Shown piece by piece: positions 1 through 12,903 of a stretch of 64,000 bases of DNA (positions are counted from its first letter, which is position 1; every line of letters starts with the position of its first letter). This DNA is from Candidatus Aminicenantes bacterium. GTDB taxonomy: Bacteria > Acidobacteriota > Aminicenantia > Aminicenantales > Saccharicenantaceae. The notes under the pieces are model-generated. The model was given only the letters and a program-made list of their open reading frames with translations. It had not been told where the DNA came from and ran no database searches. The translations under genes and the position numbers were made by a program. Location of the stretch: assembly GCA_963725825.1 (NCBI GenBank), contig CAVSAI010000023.1, positions 5,296 through 69,295 on the forward strand, given 5' to 3'.

Positions 1-1002
1 GGCTGGAACGAGCGCCTCCGAAAAAGAGGCGACGCCGTCGTCGAAGTCGATCAGTGAAAACTCATCGCGGCGGTCGAGGTGGTTGAGGATGAAGCGGGCG
101 GCTTCCTTGGCCTGGCGGATCTTGGCGCCGCTCATGCTGCCGGAGCTGTCGAGGACGAGGACGACGTTCTTGTCGACGACCTTCTCCCCGGGAGCGGCGA
201 AGCGCGGCGAGGCCAGGAGCATGAAGTACCCCCCGTCCGGCCCGTCCCAGTTCATGAAGGACAAGCCGACCTCGTCCTTGGAGAGCGAGTAATAAAGGAG
301 GAAGTCCTTGTCCGGCCGGACATCCTTGTCTTCGTAGCCGACCCTGGCCAGCCCCTGCCCGTCCTTCCTCACGGAGACCCTGTGCGATGGGGAATAGATG
401 TTGACGATGGGCACCCGGCTCTCGACGCGGACGGAGATGCTGACATCGGCCAAGGGGTCGCGGGAGAAGCGCTCGGTGTTCAGGGGGTAGAGGTACTTGA
501 CCAGGCCGTTCTCGGCTTTGAGGACCTCGGTGTACGAGATCTGGACCCGCTTCTCGCCGTTGGCCGGGATGGGATAAACTCGGGCCCGGAAGAGGTTGCG
601 GCCCATGTATTCGAGCAGGCCCGGATCGCGCATGCGGCGGACGATGTCCTCGTAGATGCGCCGGGCCTCGCGGCTGTCGACGATCTCGCCCTGGACCCGT
701 TCGTTCCCGATGAACATGGCGAAATCGGAGACCGAGGCCCCCTCCGGCACGGGGAAGATGTAGGTCCCCTCGATATCGCGCCCGAAGTGGTTGATGAAGA
801 CCTGGTCGACCGACGTCTTGGCAACCTGGTCCACGATCTCGACCTTGACCCGGTGGTACTTGACACTTAGGGGCGGGACCTGCTCGCCCGGCCGGTGGTT
901 GGGGATGATGAAGCCGTCGGCCCGCAGCGCAGGCGCGGCGGCGGTCAGAGCGGCCAGCGCGGCTAAAAGAACCAGGCCTTTATGGCAGCGTCCTTGGATC
1001 AT
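1..1002 (-). CDS. Secreted VIT + von Willebrand factor A domain protein; 3' end runs off the window
   Basis: Manual minus-strand translation from ATG at 1002, with AAGGAGG just upstream. It gives signal peptide MIQGRCHKGLVLLAALAALTAAAPALRADG, a VIT-like N-domain, then the vWA MIDAS start VVLVLDSSGSMSG. The frame stays open to position 1. It is absent from the ORF track because there is no stop inside the window. Confidence 0.8.
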   Translation of the reverse strand, partial: MIQGRCHKGLVLLAALAALTAAAPALRADGFIIPNHRPGEQVPPLSVKYHRVKVEIVDQVAKTSVDQVFINHFGRDIEGTYIFPVPEGASVSDFAMFIGNERVQGEIVDSREARRIYEDIVRRMRDPGLLEYMGRNLFRARVYPIPANGEKRVQISYTEVLKAENGLVKYLYPLNTERFSRDPLADVSISVRVESRVPIVNIYSPSHRVSVRKDGQGLARVGYEDKDVRPDKDFLLYYSLSKDEVGLSFMNWDGPDGGYFMLLASPRFAAPGEKVVDKNVVLVLDSSGSMSGAKIRQAKEAARFILNHLDRRDEFSLIDFDDGVASFSEALVPA

Positions 1003-1129
1003 CGTATCCTCCTTGACCGTCCCTGTGATCGGCTTCCCATACCCTTAATACAACCGTCTCGGCTGTTTTGTTCCATCTGATCCCGGCCCCGCCGGGAGGA
1101 TGGGCGGGGGACGGCCCGTGAGAGTTTTC

Positions 1130-1708
1130 TCAGAGCAACCGCTCGAGGCGGCCCCGGAGGGCCTCGACCGCCGCAAAGACCTCGACAGGATAGCCCACGA
1201 ACCGCTCCGGGTCGCCGGTGAGCAGGAAGATCGAGTCGATCCCCGCGTCGAGGGCGGCCAGGACGTCGAAGTGAGTGTCCCCGATGACGGCGCACTCGCC
1301 TGGCCCGATGCCGAGCGTTCTGAGGACCTCGAGAAAGGGGGCGCCGGAAGGCTTCCACAGGCCCTTTTCGCGGGTGATAACGCAATCGAACTCGAGCCCG
1401 AACTTGCCCAACAGGAATTCGGTGTTCGGGCTCGAGTTGTTCGTCACGAGCGCGGCGGCGATGCGCCGGCGCCGGAGCATCCCGAGAAGCTCGAGGATGC
1501 CTTCACGCAGCACCGAGGCCTGGGTCTGCCGGGCCTCATGACATTCGAGGATGGCCCACTTCGCCGACCGCTCGGGCTCGACGAGCGAATCGAGATAACC
1601 CAGGATGGATGACGCCCCTGTTCCGAGCTCTTCCCGGATCCGGGACCAATCATAATCGTTTTCGACGACGGTGCCGTCGAGATCGAAGATGACGCCCCTG
1701 ATGCTCAT
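1130..1708 (-). CDS. HAD-superfamily hydrolase
   Basis: Internal ATG at 1708 of ORF 1130..1879. MSIRGVIFDLDGTVV carries the DxDGT motif I; VTNNS and GDTHFD motifs follow. The upstream 57 aa of the ORF are Arg/Ser-rich read-through. Confidence 0.85.
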   Translation of the reverse strand: MSIRGVIFDLDGTVVENDYDWSRIREELGTGASSILGYLDSLVEPERSAKWAILECHEARQTQASVLREGILELLGMLRRRRIAAALVTNNSSPNTEFLLGKFGLEFDCVITREKGLWKPSGAPFLEVLRTLGIGPGECAVIGDTHFDVLAALDAGIDSIFLLTGDPERFVGYPVEVFAAVEALRGRLERLL

Positions 1709-1715
1709 CGCCGGG

Positions 1716-2783
1716 TCATCTTTCTTTGACCCGGCCGACCTCGAAGAGCGGCTCGCCGTCATTGCACGGCGGTGTCCCGATGACGTAGAGGAGGATGCCG
1801 GTGAACGGGGCCCTGACGTCCTCCCTCTTGGCGCCGGCATAGTCGGTGACGGTGCCGACGACCTGGCCCTGCCTGACATAGTACCCCATGCCGACGCAGG
1901 GCGTGAAGAGGCCGTTCCATTTCGAATAAACGACCTCGTACTTGTCGATCCAGATCGGGTCGGTCGCCGGCTCCGGACGGCCGTCGATCATGCCGAGATG
2001 CCTCAGGACGCTGAAGGCACCCTTGACGTTGAGGCCCACGGACTCCTCGTCCGTGCGCCCGAGGAAGCCGGCCTCGGTCGTGATGGCCGGCTTGCCCCGG
2101 AGGATGGCGGTGTTGCCGAGGTATTTCGAGTTCTTGAGATCGTTGCCGCGCGTGTCGTCGATGATGATGTGGGGGAGGCCGAAGGCCAGGGCCAGGTCCC
2201 GCGTCCCCGCGTCGAAGCCCTTGTTCCCGCTGATCATCCAGTACGTGTAGGGAATGAGGGCCTCGTTGCCGTCCCCGCAATGCATGTCGATAAGGACGTC
2301 GGCGCGGCCGACGACCTCGTCGTTGAGCACGGCGGCGATCCTCTGGCTCATGGAGCCCTGCGGGTCGCCGGGGAAGACCCGGTTGAGGTTCTTCCAGTCG
2401 TCGGGGCCGTAGTAGATCGTCCGCTTCTTGAAGCTCGGCAGGTTGGCGATGTGGACCATGAGGAGGGTGCCGCGCAAGGCCTTGGGGTCGATCATCGTCT
2501 TCAGCCGGTAGAGGGCCAGGATGGGGGGATACTCGTAGGCGTGGAGGCCTGCGACGAGGGCCAGCACCTTGCCCTTCTTCGCCCCGTTGATGACGGTATA
2601 AGGGATCTCGGTCCCTGAGCCGTCCCGGCCCGCGGGGACGGGCAGCATGCCCGAGACGGTGGTTCCCGCCTTGATACGGGCCCCGCCGATGACAAGATCA
2701 TCGCCGGCCCAGGCCGCGGCTCCGGCGGCCGCGAGGAATAACAGGATCATCGCGCACGCAAGCTGTCTCGGGATCTTGGACAT
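1716..2783 (-). CDS. Succinylglutamate desuccinylase/aspartoacylase (AstE/AspA, M14-like) family protein, secreted
   Basis: 355-aa ORF with an N-terminal signal peptide and GGAGG SD. The LVAGLHAYEYP and DMHCGDGNE regions are typical of the AstE/AspA zinc hydrolase family. Confidence 0.75.
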   Translation of the reverse strand: MSKIPRQLACAMILLFLAAAGAAAWAGDDLVIGGARIKAGTTVSGMLPVPAGRDGSGTEIPYTVINGAKKGKVLALVAGLHAYEYPPILALYRLKTMIDPKALRGTLLMVHIANLPSFKKRTIYYGPDDWKNLNRVFPGDPQGSMSQRIAAVLNDEVVGRADVLIDMHCGDGNEALIPYTYWMISGNKGFDAGTRDLALAFGLPHIIIDDTRGNDLKNSKYLGNTAILRGKPAITTEAGFLGRTDEESVGLNVKGAFSVLRHLGMIDGRPEPATDPIWIDKYEVVYSKWNGLFTPCVGMGYYVRQGQVVGTVTDYAGAKREDVRAPFTGILLYVIGTPPCNDGEPLFEVGRVKER

Positions 2784-2917
2784 GATTGACCTCCAGGGCC
2801 GGAGTTTCCCGCCTATTCTAACGGAACCGCCTGATGATTTCCATCAAGGGTGGATATTGTCCGGAGACGATATCCGAGGCCCCCCAACGGCCGAAGGGGC
2901 CATGGGAAAAGCGTGCG

Positions 2918-2947
2918 TTGACGGAAGCTTGCGGGCTTTGTTATAAT
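2918..2947 (+). promoter_or_regulatory. sigma70-like promoter (TTGACG-N18-TATAAT)
   Basis: -35 TTGACG at 2918-2923 and perfect -10 TATAAT at 2942-2947, about 38 nt upstream of the 2985 start. Confidence 0.4.
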
Positions 2948-2984
2948 CCGCACCGGAACAACCAACCTTCAGGGAGGTCCGACA

Positions 2985-3218
2985 ATGGGCAAGTTCATCG
3001 CTGTGATCGGCGGTCTCGTCGCCATGGCCGGCGGCCTGGCTCTGGTGATCTTCTCCGCGACGTTCCGCTCCGCGTTCTTCCATGTCGTTCTGGGATTCAT
3101 CCCGCCGATCCTGTTCTTCGGCGGATTCATCGGCCTCATCGCCGGCATCAGCAGCATCAAGGACGCCAAGCGCACCAAGAAGCTTGAGCAGGAGTCCGAG
3201 CCCAAGAAGGCCGAATAA
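2985..3218 (+). CDS. Small membrane protein (two hydrophobic helices, Lys/Glu-rich tail)
   Basis: 77-aa ORF with an AGGGAGG SD 7 nt upstream. Hydrophobic segments are FIAVIGGLVAMAGGLALVIF and VLGFIPPILFFGGFIGLIAGI. Confidence 0.55.
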   Translation: MGKFIAVIGGLVAMAGGLALVIFSATFRSAFFHVVLGFIPPILFFGGFIGLIAGISSIKDAKRTKKLEQESEPKKAE

Positions 3219-3305
3219 CGCCGGCGCCTCCCCCGCGTTCCGCCCCCTGCGTAGCGTCATCCCTTGCCTGTCCGGAAAGGGCTGTGCTAAGATGGTGACG
3301 CTAAC

Positions 3306-3751
3306 GTGGTCACTCTTCAGTTGTTCGCCCTGAGTCTTTTCTTTTCCCTCCCCCTTCCCGTGGCCGCCCAGATCGAGACCGCTTTCCTCGAGAACTCCCC
3401 GGCCGTCCTGCGAGGGCTCTTGGCGACCGAAGGCACGATCCCCGTCTCCCTGCCGGAACCCCTGTCGCTCGCCGACGAGCTTTCTCCCGATCAAGCCTAC
3501 CTCGTGTTCCGCCGGTACTTCTCGATCTTCAAAACGACCGAGTTCACGACCAATCCCCAGGTGTTCTCCCTTCCCGGTTCGCCGGGCGGGATATTGAAAG
3601 CCCGCTGGTCGTTCCGCAACAAGAGGACGGGGAGACAATATCCCTTCGGTCTCTATTTCTTCATCGTCCCCGTCCGCCTGCCTCGGGCCCCGGGCGCCCT
3701 CGGGCCGCTCATCGCCTTCAAGATCGTCGAGATCAGGGCAGAGAGGCTTTG

Positions 3752-3752
<1 letters not shown>
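3306..3752 (+). CDS. Hypothetical secreted protein
   Basis: 148-aa ORF with GTG start and signal peptide LFALSLFFSLPLPVAAQ. Its stop TGA overlaps the ATG of the kinase gene (TGATG). Confidence 0.5.
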
Positions 3753-7621
<3,869 letters not shown>

Positions 7622-7688
7622 CCGATGGCAATTTGACCCGGATTCTGGCAGAATAGCCGGAGCGCTTCTCACCGAAAGGACGCCCGCG

Positions 7689-8204
7689 ATGGCCAAGACG
7701 CTCGTCACGTATTTCAGCCGGACAGGGAACACCAAAATCGTCGCCGAAGCCGTCTTCGACGCCCTGTCGGGGGACAAGGCGATCAGGCCGATGGCCGAGG
7801 CGGGCGACCTCGCGCCGTACTCTCTCATCTTCGCGGGGTTCCCTGTGCAGACCCACAGTGTTCCCTATCCGGTCGAGGTCTTCCTCAAGTCGGTCCCCGA
7901 GGGCAAGAAGGTCGCCCTCTTCTCCACCCACGGGTCGGTCACCGGCGGCAGCCTCTCACGGGAAGCCCTGGTGTACGCTTCGATCCTCGTGGCCAAGGCC
8001 CAGCTCGTCGGGACGTTCTCCTGCCGCGGCAAGGTGTCGATGAAAGCCCTCGAGGTCCTGATGCAGTCGCCCGAGCACGAGGCCTGGGCCGACATGGCCG
8101 CCTCGGCGGCGACCCATCCCGACGAGAGCGATCTCGAGGACGCCCGCGCCTTCGCCCGTTGGACCATGACCCTGAGCGCCCAGGAACGATACCGCGGGCT
8201 CTAG
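7689..8204 (+). CDS. Flavodoxin-family protein
   Basis: The MAKTLVTYFSRTGNTKIVAEAV N-terminus is the FMN phosphate-binding loop (T/S-x-T-G-x-T). Confidence 0.8.
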   Translation: MAKTLVTYFSRTGNTKIVAEAVFDALSGDKAIRPMAEAGDLAPYSLIFAGFPVQTHSVPYPVEVFLKSVPEGKKVALFSTHGSVTGGSLSREALVYASILVAKAQLVGTFSCRGKVSMKALEVLMQSPEHEAWADMAASAATHPDESDLEDARAFARWTMTLSAQERYRGL

Positions 8205-9169
8205 CGCTCCGAGGCCCTGATCCTCGAGAACCCAGAAACGCCGACGAACTCGATCCGCTCCTCGCGCTCGACTTCGTCGAAGAGCAGGTTCAGCCCCAGC
8301 GTGTCGCTCGAGATATGGCCGGCCAGAACGATGTTGAGGTGGGCCTTCTTGGCGTTCTCGAGGGCTTCCTCGCTGATGTGCATGCTGACGATCGTGCTCA
8401 CCCCCGAGGCGGCGTAGGACTCGTAGATCGTTTTGGCGCCCTCGGTCCCGCCCGTCATCTCGACCGAGATCCGGCCGCAGTGGGCGTTTTCGGCGCCGCT
8501 GACGATCTTCGGCCCGGCCGTCCGGCGGACGGCCGCCCGGTATTCCGGGATGGTCTTCAGGAGGTCGAGCAGGTCCTTGAGCCTGGCCGGCTTGGCCTGC
8601 TCGAAGAGCGTTTCGAGATAAGTGTTGACGCAGTTGTCCGCCGGCGTGTGGAGGCACATCATCGGCAGGCCCAGCAGGCGGGCCGCGTCCACGGCCCGGT
8701 TGTGATTCGCGGGAAGGACCCGGCGCTCGATCTCGCCCATCCGCGTGTCCAGGAGCTGTTCGGCGACGGCGATGTTGACCCCGTGGGCGGCCAGCATGTC
8801 CGATTGGACCCGCATGACCGCGGGGAGCTGGGCCATGGCGATGCCTTGGGGATGGTGGGCGATGACGACGTCGATCCCGGCGGCCCGGTCCCTGTTCAGG
8901 GTGTGGGCCAGGACGAGCTCGGCGGCGTCCATGTCGATCCCGACCATCGCCGTTTTCACCTCGACGGCCGGGTCGCCGGTGAGCAGGCGAGTATCGGCGT
9001 AAGGATTGAACAGCCGGTCCGGTTCCCAGGCTTGGCGCTCGTCGTCCTTGAGCGTTTCCGACTTGACCCGCTCATCATCAAGAATGCCCCGGACGGCTTC
9101 GAGTCCCCGGGGGTCCTTGGCGATGCCGGCAGCAACGGCTCTCCGGTAAAGGGTTTCGAGTTTCATCAC
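8201..9169 (-). CDS. NIF3 (NGG1p-interacting factor 3 / DUF34) family metal-binding protein
   Basis: 322 aa. The VVIAHHP and HTPADN motifs and the C-terminal LAGHISSD are typical of the NIF3/YbgI family. Confidence 0.8.
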   Translation of the reverse strand: MMKLETLYRRAVAAGIAKDPRGLEAVRGILDDERVKSETLKDDERQAWEPDRLFNPYADTRLLTGDPAVEVKTAMVGIDMDAAELVLAHTLNRDRAAGIDVVIAHHPQGIAMAQLPAVMRVQSDMLAAHGVNIAVAEQLLDTRMGEIERRVLPANHNRAVDAARLLGLPMMCLHTPADNCVNTYLETLFEQAKPARLKDLLDLLKTIPEYRAAVRRTAGPKIVSGAENAHCGRISVEMTGGTEGAKTIYESYAASGVSTIVSMHISEEALENAKKAHLNIVLAGHISSDTLGLNLLFDEVEREERIEFVGVSGFSRIRASER

Positions 9170-9810
9170 GGTATCCTTTCGTTGACGGTCGGGACCTCGT
9201 CCGAGGGAAGGCGGGCATCGACCCAGGAAGAACCGAGTAGGGAGCCGGCCACGGACCGGACCTCGGCCTCGAGCGCCGCGGCTCGGGCGCCAAGCGCTCC
9301 CGACTCGAGGGCGGCCCTCTCGGTCTCTCCCCTTTCGAGGAGGCGGCAGAGCCGGCAGGCTCCGAGGCGGGCCAGTGCGGCCCCCGAAAGGAGCCCGGCC
9401 AACCGCTCCTGGACCTCGCGGAAGGCCATGAGGCTGCTGGAGTAAAAACCCTGCTCTCGAGCGGCCAGGGCTCCGGCCGCGAGGACGTGGGCCGCGGCGC
9501 CGGCCGCCCGGCCCAGGCGGCAGGCGGTCTCCTCGACGGGATCGAGCGAAGCGCCGGCATGCCGGTCGAAGAGATCGCGTCCCAGCCTTGGATCGAGACG
9601 GGCGGCTTCCTCGAGGATCGTAATGCGCCGGCTCAGCGGGCCGCAGGCCGAGCCAGGCCCTTCGCCGCCGTGAGGCGAGCCATCGAGTTCGCGCCAGATC
9701 GCGTCGGGACCGGCACGTAGTCCGGCCGGGCCGGGATCCGGAATTCGGCGGAAATAGTCCGCGGCGGTCGTGCGGAAGGCCGCCTCGGCCCCGGTCCGGA
9801 ACTCATCCAC
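9166..9810 (-). CDS. Acyl-CoA dehydrogenase-like protein lacking the middle beta-barrel domain
   Basis: 214 aa. The N-terminal helical part (EFRTGAEAAFRTTAADYFRRI) and C-terminal helical bundle (FREVQERLAGLL...) resemble ACAD N- and C-domains. ATGA overlap with the NIF3 gene. Confidence 0.45.
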   Translation of the reverse strand: MDEFRTGAEAAFRTTAADYFRRIPDPGPAGLRAGPDAIWRELDGSPHGGEGPGSACGPLSRRITILEEAARLDPRLGRDLFDRHAGASLDPVEETACRLGRAAGAAAHVLAAGALAAREQGFYSSSLMAFREVQERLAGLLSGAALARLGACRLCRLLERGETERAALESGALGARAAALEAEVRSVAGSLLGSSWVDARLPSDEVPTVNERIP

Positions 9811-9821
9811 GGGTCGTCCCC

Positions 9822-10988
9822 TCAGCCGCCTCTGCGGATGACGCCGGCCGCTTCGAGCTCTTCCATCTTCGAAGCGGTGACGCCGAGCTCGGAGAGGATC
9901 TCGGCGGTGTGCTCGCCGTGACCCGGACAGGTGCCGGGCCGATCCTGTCTGTCCCGGAGCGGATGGCCGATCCGGATGACGGGCGGGCAGCCGGCCGGAG
10001 AAGAGATGACCAGGCCGCGGTCCCGGACCTGGGGATCGTCCAGCGCTTCACCGAGGGAGGGCACGACCTCGCAGCAGAAATCGGTCCCTTTGAGGAGCGC
10101 CTTCCATTCGTCGGCGGCGCGGCCGGCGAACAGGGCCTCGAACTTGGCGAAATCCTCGGGCCTCTCCGAGAACTGCAGCGGGAGAAGGTCCTCCCGGCCG
10201 ACCGTCCGGCAGAAAGCGCAGAAGAATTTCGATTCGAGCGCGGCCAGGGAAATGTCCCGGCCGTCGCGCGTCCGGTAGACGTTATAGCACGGATGCTTGC
10301 CGGTGAGAGGCAGCCGCCCCCGTCCGCCCCGCTCGCCCGCGGAATATTCGGCGACGGGCATGACCATCCAGGACATGGCGCTGTCGAGCATGCCGATGTC
10401 GAGGGCCCGGCCTTCGCCGGTCCGCTCGGCCTCCCGCAGGTAGGCCAGGATTCCGGCCGCGGCGTACATGGCCGAGCTCAGGTCGGCGATCTGGACGGGG
10501 GGGATCGATGGGAGGGCCTCGGGACGGCCGCACAGGCCGAGAAGGCCCGAGCGGGCGATAAAGTCGAGGTCGTGGCCGGCCCGGTCCCGGTCCGGCCCGT
10601 CCTGGCCGAAGCCGGAGATCGAGCAGTAGACGATGCGGGGATTGACCGCCTTCACCGCCGCGTAGCCGATGCCGAGCCGGTCGACCGTGCCCGGCCGAAA
10701 GCTTTCGACGACGACCCCGGCGGTGGCCGCCAGCTTCAGGAACAGGTCCTTGCCAGCCGGCGCCTTGAGATTGAGGGAAACGCTTTTCTTGCCCGGGTTG
10801 AGGGCCAGGAAATAGGCGCTCTGGCCGTCGATGAAGGGGGCCATACCCCTGATGTAGTCGCCGCCCTCGAGGTCCTCGACCTTGACGACCTCGGCCCCGA
10901 GGTCGGCCAGAAGAAGCGTGCAAAAGGGACCGGGAAGAAGACGTGAAAGGTCGAGGATGCGGACGCCCTCGAGCGGCTTGACGTTCAT
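9822..10988 (-). CDS. Family III CoA-transferase (CaiB/BaiF / alpha-methylacyl-CoA racemase-like)
   Basis: LEGVRILDLSRLLPGPFCTLLLADLGAEVVKVE is the canonical N-terminus of this family. Length is 388 aa. Confidence 0.9.
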   Translation of the reverse strand: MNVKPLEGVRILDLSRLLPGPFCTLLLADLGAEVVKVEDLEGGDYIRGMAPFIDGQSAYFLALNPGKKSVSLNLKAPAGKDLFLKLAATAGVVVESFRPGTVDRLGIGYAAVKAVNPRIVYCSISGFGQDGPDRDRAGHDLDFIARSGLLGLCGRPEALPSIPPVQIADLSSAMYAAAGILAYLREAERTGEGRALDIGMLDSAMSWMVMPVAEYSAGERGGRGRLPLTGKHPCYNVYRTRDGRDISLAALESKFFCAFCRTVGREDLLPLQFSERPEDFAKFEALFAGRAADEWKALLKGTDFCCEVVPSLGEALDDPQVRDRGLVISSPAGCPPVIRIGHPLRDRQDRPGTCPGHGEHTAEILSELGVTASKMEELEAAGVIRRGG

Positions 10989-11061
10989 GGTCGTCCCCTA
11001 TTTAGCAGAAAGCCGGGGCCCGGTCAATCGCCGAAAGAAAGGCCGCGGCCGCGGCTCTCAT

Positions 11062-11090
11062 TTGACATCGTTCCGCCGTCAGATAATAAT
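11062..11090 (+). promoter_or_regulatory. sigma70-like promoter for the KAS III gene
   Basis: TTGACA at 11062-11067 and an AT-rich -10 (GATAATAAT) at 11082-11090, about 30 nt upstream of the ATG at 11117. Confidence 0.35.
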
Positions 11091-11116
11091 ATCCAGACTA
11101 TGGAGAAAGCGCTGAC

Positions 11117-12220
11117 ATGCGAGTAAGGATCGCCGGCACCGGAAAATGCCTGCCGGGGACGGATGTCCCCGGGAGGACCGTCACCAACGAAGAGATCGTC
11201 CGCATCCTGCTGGCCCACGGCGCCATCAAGCCCGGCACCGACAGGCCTTGGGGGGCCGACGAGCTCGTTCCGCAGAAGATCGTCGACCTCGTCGGCATCC
11301 GCGAACGCCGCTGGGTGGACGACACGGTCAATACGTCGGACCTGGCCTTCTTCGCGGCCGAACGCGCCCTGGCCGAAGCCGGCATCGGCTGGCAGGACAT
11401 CGGCATCCTGGCCCTCGGCAGCTCGACCCCTGAGGCCATATTCCCTTCGACGGCCTGCATGGTCCTGAACAAGGCCATCAAGGGCGAGATCGCTTCCGGC
11501 CGGCTCGCGGAGAAGGACGCCCGTACGGCCCTTCGGATCCCGGCCTTCGACGTCCTGGCGGCCTGCACGAGCGGCCTGTACGCCGCCGACCTCGTCCGCA
11601 AGCACCTGCTCTTCAGCGAGACGGAGTGCCGCTACGGCCTGGCTCTCGGCGCCGAGGTCCTCAGCCGGCTCCTCGACTTCAGCGACACGAACGCCGACCT
11701 CTGGGGCGACGGCTCCGCGGCGGTCGTCCTCGAAAGGACGAACGGGCCCTCGGGCATCGTTTGCATGGAGACGGGGACCGACGCCCTCGGCGTCGACGCC
11801 GCCTTCAGCGTCGGCCACGACACGCGCCATCACGACGCGCTCGTTCCCCCGAACATCGCCATCAAGGGCCACGACATCCAGAAGTTCGTCCTGCGCATCA
11901 TCCCCGAGCTGATCGTCAGGACCATCGAGAAGGCCAACCGCACGCCGGGCCGGACCCGGGACTACAGGATCGAGGACGTCGATCTGTTCGTCTGCCACCA
12001 GGCCAACGCCCGCATCTTCGAGTTCCCGGCCAAGAAGCTCGGCATCCCCCTCGAAAAGTTCTACGTCAATGTGGACCGGCGCGGCAATTGCTCGTCCACG
12101 TCGGTCCTCCTGGCCCTGCGCGAGGCGGTCGAGGAAGGACGCCTCAAGAAAGGCGGCCTGGCGCTCCTGACGAGCTTCGGCGGCGGGCTGACCTGGGGCT
12201 CGATGCTGGTCGAATGGTAG
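11117..12220 (+). CDS. 3-oxoacyl-ACP synthase III (FabH-like KAS III)
   Basis: The Cys-His-Asn triad contexts are AACTSG, FVCHQAN and RRGNCSSTS. The C-terminal end is GGGLTWGS. Confidence 0.85.
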   Translation: MRVRIAGTGKCLPGTDVPGRTVTNEEIVRILLAHGAIKPGTDRPWGADELVPQKIVDLVGIRERRWVDDTVNTSDLAFFAAERALAEAGIGWQDIGILALGSSTPEAIFPSTACMVLNKAIKGEIASGRLAEKDARTALRIPAFDVLAACTSGLYAADLVRKHLLFSETECRYGLALGAEVLSRLLDFSDTNADLWGDGSAAVVLERTNGPSGIVCMETGTDALGVDAAFSVGHDTRHHDALVPPNIAIKGHDIQKFVLRIIPELIVRTIEKANRTPGRTRDYRIEDVDLFVCHQANARIFEFPAKKLGIPLEKFYVNVDRRGNCSSTSVLLALREAVEEGRLKKGGLALLTSFGGGLTWGSMLVEW

Positions 12221-12477
12221 CCGCGTTCCTCCGCTTCGTTCTGTTCGCCCTCGTCGCCTATGTCGCGTTCCTGATCTTGCGCATCTATCGCGGTCTGAAA
12301 CGAAGCCGGCCACAAACGCAAACGCAGGCGCCCCGCGACGAGGCCCAGGGAGTGATGGTCAGGGACGAGATCTGCGGCACCTATATCCCCCGCGACGAGG
12401 CCCTCAGGGAGGTCCGCGGCGGGGTGGAACATTTTTTCTGTTCCGAGGAATGCCGCCGCAAGCTCAAGGCCCGCTGA
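12214..12477 (+). CDS. Small membrane-anchored protein with C-terminal TRASH/YHS-like Cys motif (PP0621-like)
   Basis: ATG at 12214 overlaps the FabH-like stop (ATGGTAG). It has an N-terminal TM helix, then ICGTYIP...FFCSEECRRK. Confidence 0.6.
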   Translation: MVAAFLRFVLFALVAYVAFLILRIYRGLKRSRPQTQTQAPRDEAQGVMVRDEICGTYIPRDEALREVRGGVEHFFCSEECRRKLKAR

Positions 12478-12492
12478 CCGCGGAGGGGGCGT

Positions 12493-12786
12493 TCACTCGG
12501 AGAAGAAGGCGATCCGGAAATCCCGGAATTCCCCGGTGGGCGGCTCGCGGCGAACGTCGAACCGCTCGACGCGGGCGAGGCGCGGGCCCTCCTTGAGGCG
12601 GTCGAGAAAGGCGGCCACGTCCCCGGCCGATCCTTCGGCCAGGACTTCGACCCGGCCGTCCTCGAGGTTCCTGACCCAGCCGGTGATGCCGAGGCTCCCG
12701 GCGTACTTTTCGGCGAAGAAGCGATAGGCCACGCCCTGGACCCGGCCGTCGATGAAGACCCGCACTCGAACAAGTTCTTTGCCCAT
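12493..12786 (-). CDS. acyP: Acylphosphatase
   Basis: Internal ATG at 12786 of ORF 12493..13518. VFIDGRVQGVAYRFFAEKYAGSLGITGWVRNLEDGRVEV is the acylphosphatase signature. Confidence 0.85.
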   Translation of the reverse strand: MGKELVRVRVFIDGRVQGVAYRFFAEKYAGSLGITGWVRNLEDGRVEVLAEGSAGDVAAFLDRLKEGPRLARVERFDVRREPPTGEFRDFRIAFFSE

Positions 12787-12903
12787 GTCTGGCTGTCCCG
12801 CGCTCTCCTTCTCTGCTAATACTCCAGGGCCCGAAACAAAGTCAATGTCCCGACGGTGGAGATCCGTGGTAAAATCCGGACGGCCGCGGCGGACGGGAAG
12901 AGA

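Noticed and set aside
79-870. 263-aa plus-strand ORF rich in Asp/Glu/Gly/Val
   Set aside because: It is the antisense shadow of the VIT/vWA gene. The minus strand gives recognisable domains, and the plus-strand product is low-complexity, as is typical of high-GC shadow frames.
12787-12903. TPP riboswitch upstream of thiD
   Set aside because: The conserved CUGAGA / ACCUGAUCUGGAUAAUGCCAGC-type elements are absent from the 117-nt leader.
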